Part shown: positions 48,901 to 61,557 of the stretch, in pieces
Numbering within the stretch: the first letter of the stretch is position 1
Layout of the letters: each line of letters opens with the position of its first letter
Notes under the pieces: model-generated
Told to the model about the DNA's origin: nothing
Database searches by the model: none
What the model saw: the letters and a program-made list of their open reading frames with translations, nothing else
Translations under genes and position numbers: made by a program
Source of the DNA: Nitrosopumilaceae archaeon
Lineage (GTDB): Archaea; Thermoproteota; Nitrososphaeria; Nitrososphaerales; Nitrosopumilaceae
DNA length: 64,000 nucleotides
Direction: 5' to 3'
Assembly (NCBI GenBank): GCA_965207375.1
Contig: CBDBMG010000003.1
Location: forward strand, 352,001 to 416,000

Positions 48901-50951
48901 ACATACCTCAATAGTTTCAGTTTCCATCATAGTAACTGTTGGTTTAGCAGTGGTGGTTACTCACTAATCTCATACAGTAATCAATAGACAATACAGAGGA
49001 AGTCTTCAAAGTAAATTGTCTGATCTTGGGACTAGCTATGTAATAGGTTTCTAGGATACCAGCCTTTCCAAGAAATCCATGTATGTGTAATAAATGTAAA
49101 ACTTGTTCAAAGGTACATACACATTGTAGTTGGCTTAAGCCAATTAAGCCAGATTTTGAGCATAGCAGGACACCAAAAACATCAAGTATAATTGCAGCAA
49201 ATATTTTTAATAATTTGACAAAATAGAAATCTAAATGTAGTTGTATCCGGCTGAGAGCAAAAAGCTCAACATGAATATATATATCGCTTTAGCTATACAT
49301 AAATAAACTATCACAGTGCACAATTATAGTACGTAATTGCTGAGTATATTTTTGAGCGTAATAGGCTTCATTTTGGTGCTGTGCTCAAAAGCATAATATA
49401 GGAGCATAACTGGCTCAAGCCTATATTACAGTCAGCTTGTCAGTGTAATAATCATATTAGCCCTTGTGCATACATACAAAAGATAACTTTGTACTATATA
49501 CATATGTACAGGTAGCATAACTGGAACACTTAATCTGAGCATGAGGAGAAAGTTATATAAAACTCACAATAAATGATGGTTCTGTATCAATGAATACTTG
49601 TGCTTAATGTAGTTATTATAAAAATGTTAAAAGTTTAGCAATCTTGATAAGCATGTTAATTGTAGCAAACTACATTGCAATTACAGACTAAAATCTATGG
49701 ACGACAGTAACAGAATAAAATGTTAATTGTTAATATGATATCATAATTCATAGCTACCCGGTCATGGATAGTTATGTATTTCATGTTAACAGTTGAATTT
49801 AGTTAATACCATAATCAAGACTCACGATAGTGAGTTGCGAGGCCAAGAAGAAGCAGGCCTAATCTCTTAGACTAATACATGCATGCATTAGCTATCAAAC
49901 AAATTGCTCCTACTCATATGCACTTTAAATACATATGTCTATATGCATTAGCTACCTATATACGTACAAAGACAAACAAAAAATCCAGCATAGTATAAAT
50001 TATAGCTACTATTGCTATACGGTATTTGAGTTTTCAGCTGTAGTTAATCTTTACTAAATCTATTTGTTTAGATGCACAAGGGCTAATATTATTTCACAAG
50101 CTGACTACAATACAGGTTTGAGCCAATTGTGCTCCTATTATGCTTTTGAGCACAGCACCAAAATCAAGCTCAAAAATATTCTCAGTAATTATAATTTTAT
50201 AATTGTGCACTGTGATAGTTAATGTGGAATTTAATAGGTAAAGGTACATATATAAAGGGATATTCATGTTGAGCATTTTGCTCTCAGATACAACTATGTA
50301 TACGCACATTTAGATTTCTATTTTATCAACTTTTGTATAACTTTTATCAGTACCTATTATCATCATAATAACCATCCCACTAGTAACCTGTGAAAAGGCT
50401 TACAAATCTGTTGACAGAGAATCAGAAACATTTGCTGGTATTTTCTATCCTTGATGGTGGCTTAATTGACTTAAGCCTACTACAATATGTACCTTCAAAT
50501 AAGTTTTGCATTTATTATACATAATTATGTATATGGATTTCCTGGAAAGGCTGGTATACTTAGAAACCTTTTACAATAGCTAGTCGCAAGATCAGACAAT
50601 TTACTTTGAAGACTTCCTTTGTGCTGATTACTGTATGAGGTTAGTGAGCTGTTGATTATAAAATTTGACAGTTAATAATTATGATAGAAACTTAACTGAA
50701 ACTATTGAGGTACGTACACAACCATGCATGACTTATTATGATATCATAGCTAATATAGCTACCTAGCAACATAGTAATAAATAGGTTAACAATTAATAAC
50801 ACTTTAGATTTTAATCTTAATAGTACACATACGTATAGCTAACTACATACTTTGTTGTAAAAACATGTTTTAAACATCAATCTATCGCCTATACCTAAGC
50901 TACATACAAGGAGAATAAACATCTTTCATTGATCACTTAATATTGATATAT

Positions 50952-51199
50952 GTGATCAGATTTTGGAAAAAAGTTCTAAATCATACATGAAATCCGGTGT
51001 ATTTGTGCATATATTTAATGATATTTCTATTATGTACAAAATATTTCTTAACTACTTTAGTAATAAATTTTGAGCATTGAATTCCATAATAGTATTATGA
51101 AATATCTTTGAATATGTAATATGTGTGGCAGTGATAAATGTAACTAAAATTAATAGCTAAATATGTGTGATTTGGAACTGTTTTCCAAAATCCGGTCAC
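50952..51199. mobile_element. Sola1-like MITE
   Basis: gtgatcagattttggaaaa / ttttccaaaatccggtcac. Confidence 0.75.
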
Positions 51200-52818
51200 A
51201 TAATTTATTATACAGAATCATCACATGTATAAGATGTAGAACCAGCACATTGTAAGTTAATGCCAAGGTTAGTGACTCATTTATGCAGTATCTATTTGTA
51301 ACATTCATTTATTGAGTTATCATGAGTAAAAGAAAGGTATAGAAGCTTAGCTTTAATAAATTTACTGTGCCAATGCAAAAATTTTCCTCAGATCAAATTG
51401 ATGTTCCAGTCATGCTACACAGCTAGTTATCTTATAATAGCACTCATTAGGTGTGCTACAACTTGCCATAATATAATATTGAAGTGTGCTAGTGGGCATG
51501 TGGTACATGAAACCTGCAATCTTTGCTACAACTTCTTTATGTTATATAATATTAATTAATACAGTCCAGGTGCTAACTTTTATGGTAAAGTATTGAATGA
51601 TAGTATAGTATTCTTCAACTGCTCTAAATATAATACTAATTATTAAATAAAAACACGCTTAACAACCTCAAACAACTTTGCATATTATAACTATTACGTA
51701 TTTTTATAAAAAGAGCATGTGATGTATTGGATTCGAACAAACCCTTGAAGATTCCAACCTTTGAATGTTAATATAACATTTGAAATCACTACATAATGGA
51801 GTACATTGATAATTTGTACAGTCCTTGGACTCCTTAACTTGTCCCTTACATGAGCAGCTTATGTATGTACATGTGTGCCTTATGGCTTTAGTATTAGAAG
51901 AAAGTTTGCAGGTAACTACGTACGTAGCTATTTAATACCAAATTTTCTATGCTACATTTATATGCTGTTATATGATTTTCTACGTAAGCTTTACATGCTA
52001 CATTTGACATAACTGTTTGGTTATTTTAAGTTAATCAATTCACAATAATACTCTAGCTAAGTATAGACTTTAAGAGTAAGAATTCTCAACATTAAGTATT
52101 CTTATATGGCATCTGATCATGAAGTCTGTAGGATTAGGTAGGATTTCTTTACCAAAACTAACTTAATGATAATTCTATTCAGTTAAATAGCCTATATCCT
52201 GAAAGTGAAAGTTTGAAATCTACACTGATAATTTAATAAGATTTGATGTCTTAATGAAGTCACTCATCAACTGTGAATAATTAGGTGTATTAACAAATCT
52301 CATTCATGTATAAATAACAATCTTTGCAACTACACCCTTCCATTTTACAGTCAAATGATGTATAAGATACATATGTAACTAAATTACCTACGTAGCTTAG
52401 TGCAAGGAAAGCATGTGACCAATATTGCTTTATATATAAAGTAAAGCAATTTTTACTCGAAAATGTTAGTTTCTAGATCACAAAATTTTCAATTTAGCTA
52501 CTGTGTGTTTAAATTTAGCAAATTTTGTGATTTGGAATACATTAAAACTAGCTTACATTTTTTGAGTAAAATAGCTTGCTTTGATTTATATATGAAGCAA
52601 TCTTGGTTACATGATTTGCTTGCACCAAGGAGCGGTTCGTGGTATTGAAATCAGCACGGCAGAGGTTATACGTACATACTTACAGCTGGGATTAATGTTT
52701 ATGTTAGGAGTGTGTCACGATAGAGTAAATTGCCACTGTACATGTTTAGCTAAGCCATGGAGATACTGTAGATCGTTGATCATATTTTCTTCTTTTATTA
52801 AATCTAGTTAGCATACGT

Positions 52819-53324
52819 ATGTGGAGAATGATATTGACGAAATCTGGTATGTATATGCAGATATTATCAAAGCGTCCTATAGTGATATGATAAAATGATC
52901 AATATAGCTACTGTTTATATGTGGAGAATGATATTGACGAAATCTGGTATGTATATGCAGATATTATCAAAGCGTCCTATAGTGATATGATAAAATGATC
53001 AATATAGCTAGCTACTGTTTATATGTGGAGAATGATATTGACAAAATCTGGTATGTATATGCAGATATTATCAAAGCGTCCTATAGTGATATGATAAAAT
53101 GATCAATATAGCTACTGTTTATATGTGGAGAATGATATTGACGAAATCTGGTATGTATATGCAGATATTATCAAAGCGTCCTATAGTGATATGATAAAAT
53201 GATCAATATAGCTAGCTACTGTTTATATGTGGAGAATGATATTGACAAAATCTGGTATGTATATGCAGATATTATCAAAGTGTCCTATAGTGATATGATA
53301 AAATGATCAATATAGCTACTGTTT
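52819..53324 (+). repeat. Minisatellite, five units alternating 100/104 bp
   Basis: Unit starts 52819, 52919, 53023, 53123, 53227. Confidence 0.95.
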
Positions 53325-54785
53325 TCACTGATTATTCTCATGAACAGTCACTTTGAAAATGTCAATGACAATTATATTACGTATGCAAAGTGTATATAGT
53401 CACATAGTTTGTACCAAAAGTTTACCAATTATCATCATAATAACTATCCCACTAGAGATCTGTGAGAAGGCCTATAAGCCTATTGACAGGGAGTCAAAAA
53501 TACGTATTAGCCTAAGCTAAATATGCTACACTGAATGAAGAAAAATCCCAGAGCAGTGTAGAAGTGAGCCCCAGATCTAGATGTTACACAATCTTAGTGA
53601 GAGCCACAGAAGCCACACAGCTGGGATCCGGAATGCGCTCTGTATTTAATTGCAATGTACATAGCTATACTTAACAGGACTGATTTCTCACTGATAAATA
53701 ATAACTATATCCCACTAGGCCCCTGTGAGAAGGCTTATAAGACTGTACATGTTGACAAGGTCAGAAATATTTGCTGGCATTGTATTATCCTTGATGTTTT
53801 CGCTGTCCTATATTATGCTTGGCTTTAATTAGCTTATAAGTCTACTACAATTATGTACATACTACCTTTGAGCAAAGTTAGCATTTATTATACATATATG
53901 GATTTCTTGGAAAGGCTGGTATACTTAGAAACCTTTTACAATAGCTAGTCGCAAGATCAGACAATTTACTTTGAAGACTTCCTTTGTGCTGATTACTGTA
54001 TGAGGTTAGTGAGTTGTTGATTAAAATTTGACAGTTAATAATTATGATAGAAACTTAACTGAAACTATTGAGGTATGTACACAACCATGCATGACTTATT
54101 ATGATATCATAGCTAATATAGCTACCTAGCAACATAGTAATAAATAGGTTAACAATTAATAACACTTTAGATTTTAATCTTACATAATTTGCTTAGTTTG
54201 CTGTAATAACATCAGTCTATGTACATAGCTAAGCTACAGTGGTATATAAACATCTTTATAATAACCACATTAATCACTCATTATTGATACAGAATCATCA
54301 CATGTATAAGATTATAGAACTTAGTGACATATTTCTGCAGTATCTACGTACCAGTAAAATTCATTTATGAAGACATCATGAGTAAAAGAAAGCTTTGCTT
54401 TAAAAAATTTAACTCAATACAAAAACTTTCTCTCCTCAGATCATTATATTTGCTACATACGTATACGTAGCTACATAGTTAGTGTATGTAGCACTCATTG
54501 GGTGTGCTACAACTTCCAATTATTGGAGTGTGCTAGTGCATAGTAACTTGTGGTACTGATGTACATAAAACTTCCAATCTGTGCTACATCTTTCCATTGA
54601 AATTATGTTATTATTTTAATCCACAATATTTATTGTTGCAGTCTAGGTGCTAAGCTAACTTTTGTGGTAAGGTATATGAATGATAAGATAGTGTTCCTCA
54701 ACTGTGCTAGAAATAATAATTATTATAAATAAGAAACACACTTAAGTTAACTTAACAACCTCAACTGACTCAATATATATAATTT

Positions 54786-55027
54786 GTGACCAAGTCTACG
54801 AAAACAGGTCTTATCTGCACAAATACACCTATTCCTTTTATCATATCTATCTCTTTTTATGTTTGGGTTATACAATATGTGAATTCCTTAGGAAATTTTG
54901 TGTATATGATGAAATTTTTGATGAAGTACAGTAACTATGTTAGGAAAAAGAGTTATTAAATTTGAAAGGCTCAAAATTAAGTCAAATTTTATGTGCAGAC
55001 AAGACTGGTTTTCACAGACTCAGTCAC
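54786..55027. mobile_element. Sola1-like MITE
   Basis: gtgaccaagtct / agactcagtcac; ATTT TSD; absent from paralog near 48205. Confidence 0.82.
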
Positions 55028-55434
55028 ATTTGCATGTACATACGTATGTACGTAGCTACTTTCATAAAGATCAGCTATATATTTAACTAATAGCTAACAA
55101 ATAGCTACGTTACCCTACGTATTACCATAAAGAGTGACTACTGATCAAGTAGCTATAGGCCTGAACCTAGTAATTATATATACAATGTCATGTCATGATG
55201 TTATGAAAATTATACGTATGTAGAATTATAGGATCTTTGAATTCATGAGCATATCTGAATCATACAGTAGAACATTTTACAAGTGCAATCATCATCATAT
55301 ATATAAAGCTGAAAAGCCGTCCGTCCGCATTCCTTTGACGTCCAACGATTTCCTCGCCAACCGCTGCACGCATCGAAGCGATTTCACCTCATTTTCCTTT
55401 CTCATTTGATGACCTATTTACTTTAATTAAACAC

Positions 55435-55686
55435 CAACTCAAGAACTAGGGGGCATAATTTGAAATTATATAAGAAGAGATCCAGATTAAACATTAGTAA
55501 ATATTTTTTCTCCAATCGTGTTGTTAGCTGCTGGAACAGCCTACCAGATTATGTGATTTCTGCAGACTCAATTAATTCCTTTAAAAATCGACTCGACAAT
55601 TTTTGGAATGTCACAGGATATGGATACCAGCAAAGGCCTTTGGTCTAAACAGTTTTTTTACTGTTATTACTGTATCCATTGCAAAT
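55435..55686 (+). mobile_element. LINE 3'-end fragment inside Helitron
   Basis: TRGHNLKLYK...KYFFSNRVVSCWNSLP...FKNRLD; inverted copy at 58070-58321. Confidence 0.85.
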
Positions 55687-56138
55687 AATAATAATAATAA
55701 TAATAATAATTTCGGTGATAAAAGAAGCGCTCATTATCTGGCTTCACGAAGATTGCTGCAAGAAGTTTCTAATCGCTGTCGTTTGCCGTCTACGACGCGT
55801 TGAATGCAACGGTGTTGAGGAAAATTCGCTGAAAAGTTTGCCTGCATTCCTGTCTAAACCACAGCCACACAGCCCTGACGTTAGCGCGTCGAGCTCTCAA
55901 CCCTGAGGTCCAGGGTTCGATTCCTCCCATGACAACCTTTATTTCTTCTCACTGGCACATTTTTGCTAATCAATAAATTAAGTTGTTACAACATGGTACA
56001 GCCTACTTCCAGGCGTTAAATAACAACGAAACCCTACAGTGCTAATATAGGCTAAGTGTTACTAATCAATTTACAAGGTGTTATAAGTAAACTTGGTACT
56101 CATGGCAACTACCTACATATATAGCCATAGGCATCATG
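55679..56138 (+). repeat. 460-bp direct repeat (second copy 58319-58778) containing a tRNA-derived segment
   Basis: Identical by eye at offset 2640; contains ...gagctctcaaccctgaggtccagGGTTCGATTCC (B-box) at about 55880-55930. Confidence 0.9.
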
Positions 56139-57157
56139 CTAAAATTCATGCTAGCCTGCGGACTACATAACCATACGTATATAAAACCAAGGGATGTATA
56201 ATTAAAGATACCTACTTCATCAATTATCACACATTGCAACTGTTGGTATAACTAGCTACTTTACAATTACAAATGTACAATATTTTTGATACATGGTTTT
56301 CCTCAGTTTGCAAATATTCAGGGTAAGGATAGTACCCTTTTAAAAATGAGTAATATAATAAGTCAGTTACCAGTAAAGGATGTAACCGCCTACTTATATG
56401 AAAATCTTAGGATAGTAACCTATATGAATCTTAACATACACACATAACTAGGTATAATTTATAATAATCACATAAATATATTATCTATGCATGTAGTATA
56501 ATTTACCTGAGGACAGGAACTGAAAGCTGTGCAACACGTATCTTCACTTACGAAAACTCTCTAATAAAGTAGTCATCGTTACCTCTAGCTGAATATTCTC
56601 CTGAGATCAAATCTTACTATCCCACTGGCCAACAAGCTATTCAAGGTTATATATTTACTCGGAAGGCTGGAATATTTACTGGGAACGAGCTGTTGCTGTA
56701 TCTCTTTCTTCTCAACGTATGCGTGTTACGCGTGTAACACGGAATTCCGTTTATTAATTATACTTGGAGACGAATCAATACGCCTAGTTAGGCTGTGTTT
56801 ACAGGTAAAAATTTTCGTTTTATAATAAAAGGCTTTGTTTTGTAACCATATGTTGAAGTAGGCAAGCTTTAGCATCTGTTTTTGAGTCGGCTGTTTCGTG
56901 CTCTTTTATAACAGCACGCACACCAATAAAATGGTTCCATACTATTTAAACAAACCCACCGATGCGTTTGAAACACACATCAATCCACTCAGTAGAGCAA
57001 AGCGAATCTTTTAAGCCACATTTCAAGGCCACAGGACACACGAGTTCTTCGTAACGTGTGTTTTTCTTAGTTCTTATCTCGTACACGCAATCCCTTTCAC
57101 AAGCCAGTGAAGACGGGGTCACAATTCCTGTAATGTCGGTTTGTTTAGCTTAATACC

Positions 57158-57830
57158 TACATCAATCGATTCGCTGTAGCATAACAAATCCTTTAAACAT
57201 TATTAGAATTTCATACAAGTAACAGGGAGATCATTATATGGCCATTTGTAATTGTATTTTAATATGGCGTCAAAGAAATTTTGCATGTCAGTAGAAGGCA
57301 GGCCATAACTTCAGAATGCTAGCTTCTATAGATTTTAAACAAAGACCAATCTATTCCATATAGAACAGCGATTCTTTTAAGCTATATTACGTGGCTGTGA
57401 GTTAAATACTTTGCCAGTTACATGGCCTTGTAAAACTGCAACGGACGTTTCTTCTTGACAGTTGTAAATATTTCCATGAAGCTTTCCCAGTTTTCTTCGT
57501 GAATGCCATCTAGAGGAGACCACAGCTACACGAGTTTTGGCTTATTCAGCTTCAAGTCTACATAAATCGATTCGCTGTAGCATAATGAATCCTTTAAACT
57601 TTAATTGAGCTTCATAGAGGAAACACAGAGGTTTTTATAGGGCCATTTGTAATTGTATGTCATCACGGCAATAACAGCCATTTAACTTGTTTTTGCATGT
57701 CAGTAGAAATTACCACATAACTTCTAGATGCCAGCTCCTACAGAATTGAAATAAACACCATTGCATTCTATATAAAACAGCGATTCTTTTAAGCTATATT
57801 ATAAGGCTTTAACTTAAATACTTAGCTAAT
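57158..57830 (+). repeat. Degenerate internal duplication, period about 400 bp
   Basis: aatcgattcgctgtagcataa, gggccatttgtaattgta, agcgattcttttaagctatatta each occur twice. Confidence 0.8.
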
Positions 57831-58041
57831 TGCAGGCTCTTAAAAATGATTTCATTTTTGAAATGAAGAGAAAATGGCGAAATTTTGAAGAAGTTTGGAT
57901 ATCTCAGCAACGAAAAGGTCTTTTAAAAATTCCCTTGTTTTAATTTCCCTTTGTATCAAATGTTTTCACTTGGTAGTGTTATTATAGACCTAGCCCTTCC
58001 CAGTTTGCCACACATTAATTAATTAATTAATTAATTATGAG

Positions 58042-58321
58042 ATTATTATTATTGTATAATGGTTATGTAATTTGCAATGGATACAGTAATAACAGTAAAA
58101 AAACTGTTTAGACCAAAGGCCTTTGCTGGTATCCATATCCTGTGACATTCCAAAAATTGTCGAGTCGATTTTTAAAGGAATTAATTGAGTCTGCAGAAAT
58201 CACATAATCTGGTAGGCTGTTCCAGCAGCTAACAACACGATTGGAGAAAAAATATTTACTAATGTTTAATCTGGATCTCTTCTTATATAATTTCAAATTA
58301 TGCCCCCTAGTTCTTGAGTTG
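58042..58321 (-). mobile_element. LINE 3'-end fragment (inverted copy, with short TAA tail)
   Basis: Reverse complement of 55435-55686; ORF 58108..58374. Confidence 0.85.
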
Positions 58322-58995
58322 CAAATAATAATAATAATAATAATAATAATTTCGGTGATAAAAGAAGCGCTCATTATCTGGCTTCACGAAGATTGCTGCA
58401 AGAAGTTTCTAATCGCTGTCGTTTGCCGTCTACGACGCGTTGAATGCAACGGTGTTGAGGAAAATTCGCTGAAAAGTTTGCCTGCATTCCTGTCTAAACC
58501 ACAGCCACACAGCCCTGACGTTAGCGCGTCGAGCTCTCAACCCTGAGGTCCAGGGTTCGATTCCTCCCATGACAACCTTTATTTCTTCTCACTGGCACAT
58601 TTTTGCTAATCAATAAATTAAGTTGTTACAACATGGTACAGCCTACTTCCAGGCGTTAAATAACAACGAAACCCTACAGTGCTAATATAGGCTAAGTGTT
58701 ACTAATCAATTTACAAGGTGTTATAAGTAAACTTGGTACTCATGGCAACTACCTACATATATAGCCATAGGCATCATGGCACATGCCACAGACTAGGGGA
58801 CTATAGGTAGACATATATATAGGAGACTAGAGGGGCATATAGGAGATCATATAGATAGTGTAATATGATATGTTGCTATCATGCATGCATATAGCCATAG
58901 GCATCATGACACATGCCACAGACTAGGAGACTAGGTAGACATATAGGACTATGTAGACATACAGGAGACTAGAGGGGCATATAGGAGATCATATA

Positions 58996-59414
58996 CCGTA
59001 TGGAGGGAAACTTTGGAGGGTGCTAACATTGGCGAATTTGGCGGAAAATCATCCATTCGCCAATTTTTAAACCACCAATGTTTTCCATACACTAAGCGCC
59101 TTTAAATATTAATTATAAAGCCACGTGATGTGTAAGCGACTTATATATATTGACTTACATATTGACTTATATTCATGATACCCCCTCTGATCATAGACTC
59201 TTAAGGAAAAACGACAACAGCCATCCGACATCATTCAACCGGAATGCAAACACGTGCTACGTCTACTCAAGTTAGGCGCAGCTATATATTCAAATTGTTT
59301 TAATATGCGCTTAATTTAACTTTCGTTATCGATCCGCCAAAGTTTATTCCACCAATGATGTTTTCCTTGTCATTTCGCCAAAGTTTGCACCCTCCAAAGT
59401 TTCCCTCCATACGG
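58996..59414. mobile_element. Tc1/pogo-like MITE inside the Helitron
   Basis: TIR ccgtatggagggaaactttggagg; TA TSD confirmed by empty site ggagatcatatagatagtgtaata in the adjacent repeat unit (about 58842-58865). Confidence 0.9.
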
Positions 59415-59603
59415 TAGATAGTGTAATAACCATGCATGCACATGAGCATGCATTTAGCTACACGCCCTACACCCTGCATGACAGGGCAGGTACACATGCT
59501 AGTACAAGTATAATACAAAAATGGTTTCAATTCTTTATTCTTTCAATTAGTAGCTTGCTCGGTTCCCCATATTAAGATAACACTTCACTTTTGGTCAGTA
59601 TAT

Positions 59604-59853
59604 GTGACCGGATTTGCGAAAACCTTCCTTATGGGCACATTTTACACACTGTTCTTCTTTTGAGCATAACTACTTCATAATTCAACCAATTTTGATTTTT
59701 AAAGTTTTAATGAACTGAGTGATCATTTTGCAAGAGATCTGTGTTATTATAACTCTGATAAAAATGAGAGTTTAGAAGTTTGAAGGGATACAATTTAAAA
59801 TTTCTTGCCAAAATTCTTGTGCCCTTAAGGATGGTTTTCGCAAATCCGGTCAC
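59604..59853. mobile_element. Sola1-like MITE
   Basis: gtgaccggatttgcgaaaacc / ggttttcgcaaatccggtcac; ATAT TSD; absent from paralog near 47835. Confidence 0.85.
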
Positions 59854-59922
59854 ATATAATGGTTGCCAAGTGGACTGCAGCCGTTATTGTCACTGACACA
59901 ATAATATTAAAAAGTCAATAAA

Positions 59923-60036
<114 letters not shown>

Positions 60037-60388
60037 ATTTAATATTGTTATACGTAGTTACAGTGGCTAGAATAAGAAAAAATATTTTATGCTTACTGTA
60101 CAGAAACAAATAAACTAATTAGCCTTCTCACAGGTCACTATAGTATTATGATGAACTGTATAGATTATTCTGAGTAATATATCTGTTCTAAGAATTCTTC
60201 TATGATTATATATACATACGTGTGTACATGACTATAATATGAGAATTCTAACAAGTGGTCTTTGCTGTAATTACATTATAGCTACTAAACATTATTTGTT
60301 TCCTATGTGTAGCAATCTATTGTTAAGGAAACTGCTAAGCATGATCTGTTAATTAATGCTAGCTATTATTAGTACCTAACATTTAATT

Positions 60389-60606
60389 ATGACTGGGTCT
60401 GCGAAAATTAACCATCTGAGCACAAATTACACCTAGTTACATAATAATGAATATCTTCAGTTCTAAATGGAATATCAGCATTCTGTAAGCTTCTCCATTA
60501 AATTCTGCATGTGTGGTAGAAAATCTGTGTTGTTATGAAAAGACAAAATTGAAAAATAAGGTAATTTTTATGTGACCATATGGTTGATTTTTGTAGGCCC
60601 GGTCAC
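60389..60606. mobile_element. Sola1-like MITE
   Basis: AATT TSD; same subfamily as about 11103-11346. Confidence 0.75.
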
Positions 60607-61108
60607 AATTATAGGTGACTTAATAGGCTTAAATTTAAATTAAATAGCTAATGATTGTGACCGGATTTTGGAAAACAGTTCAAAATCGCACATTTTTATT
60701 AGTTATATTTATCACTGCCATGCAAACAGTATTGCATATTCAAAGATATTTCATAATTATTAACTGTCAAATTTTAATCAACAACTCACTAACCTCATAC
60801 AGTAATCAGCACAAAGGAAGTCTTCAAAGTAAGTTGTCTGATCTTATTGTAAAAGGTTTCTAAGTATACCAGCCTTTCCACGAAATCCATATATGTATAA
60901 TAAATGCAAAACTTATTCAATGGTACATATTGTAGTAGGGTTAAGTCAATTAAGTCAGCATCAAGGATATAAAATACCAGCAAATATTTCTGTTCTCTGT
61001 CAACAGGTTTGTAAGCCTTTTCACAGGTTACTAGTGGGATGGTTATTATGATGATAATAGGTACTGATAAAAGTGATGCAAAAGTTGATAAAATAGAAAT
61101 CTATAAAT

Positions 61109-61356
61109 GTGACCCAGGATGAGAAAATACACAAAATACACCTATTCATATTATGGTAGCTATGCTGTATCTCCTTTACTAATTAAGACTTCAACAATCT
61201 GCAAACTGCATGAGATTCCCTATGAATCGCTCCATAAATGGTAAAACTTCTATTAGACTCCTATGATTATTTATAAAGCTATGTACATAAGTTTGAAATT
61301 CAAAATGTAGTTAAATTGTATGTGTATATAAACCCTATTTTCTCATGCCGGGTCAC
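61109..61356. mobile_element. Sola1-like MITE
   Basis: gtgacccaggatgagaaaa / ttttctcatgccgggtcac; AAAT TSD; absent from paralog near 49232. Confidence 0.82.
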
Positions 61357-61397
61357 AAATGTAGTTGTATCTGAGAGCAAAATGCTCAACATGAATA

Positions 61398-61557
61398 CAG
61401 TGGAACCTGTTAATCAGGACACTTGAAAATGTGGACACCTGCATAATCTGGACACCTAGCTATGGTCCCAAATGATTTATTTATTATGTAAACTGACCTG
61501 GAAAATCAGGACACCTTTGGTTGGTCCCAAGGTGTCCATAATACACAGGTTCCACTG
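61398..61557. mobile_element. pogo/Tigger-like MITE
   Basis: TA|cagtggaacctgt...acaggttccactg|TA. Confidence 0.85.

Larger units (their letters stand above)
55289..59502 (+). mobile_element. Non-autonomous canonical Helitron (4.2 kb) with captured fragments
   Basis: A|TC...CTAG|T, hairpin ccctgcatgacaggg before CTAG, (ccgt)n near 5' end; joined flanks (acaagtgcaa|tacaagtataat) match uninterrupted paralog at about 47941-47966 (reverse complement). Confidence 0.88.

Noticed and set aside
52819-53324. CRISPR-like regular array
   Set aside because: Units are contiguous and near-identical with no unique spacers; eukaryotic minisatellite.
55870-55930. Functional tRNA-Glu gene
   Set aside because: Acceptor and anticodon stems do not pair; reported only as tRNA-derived.
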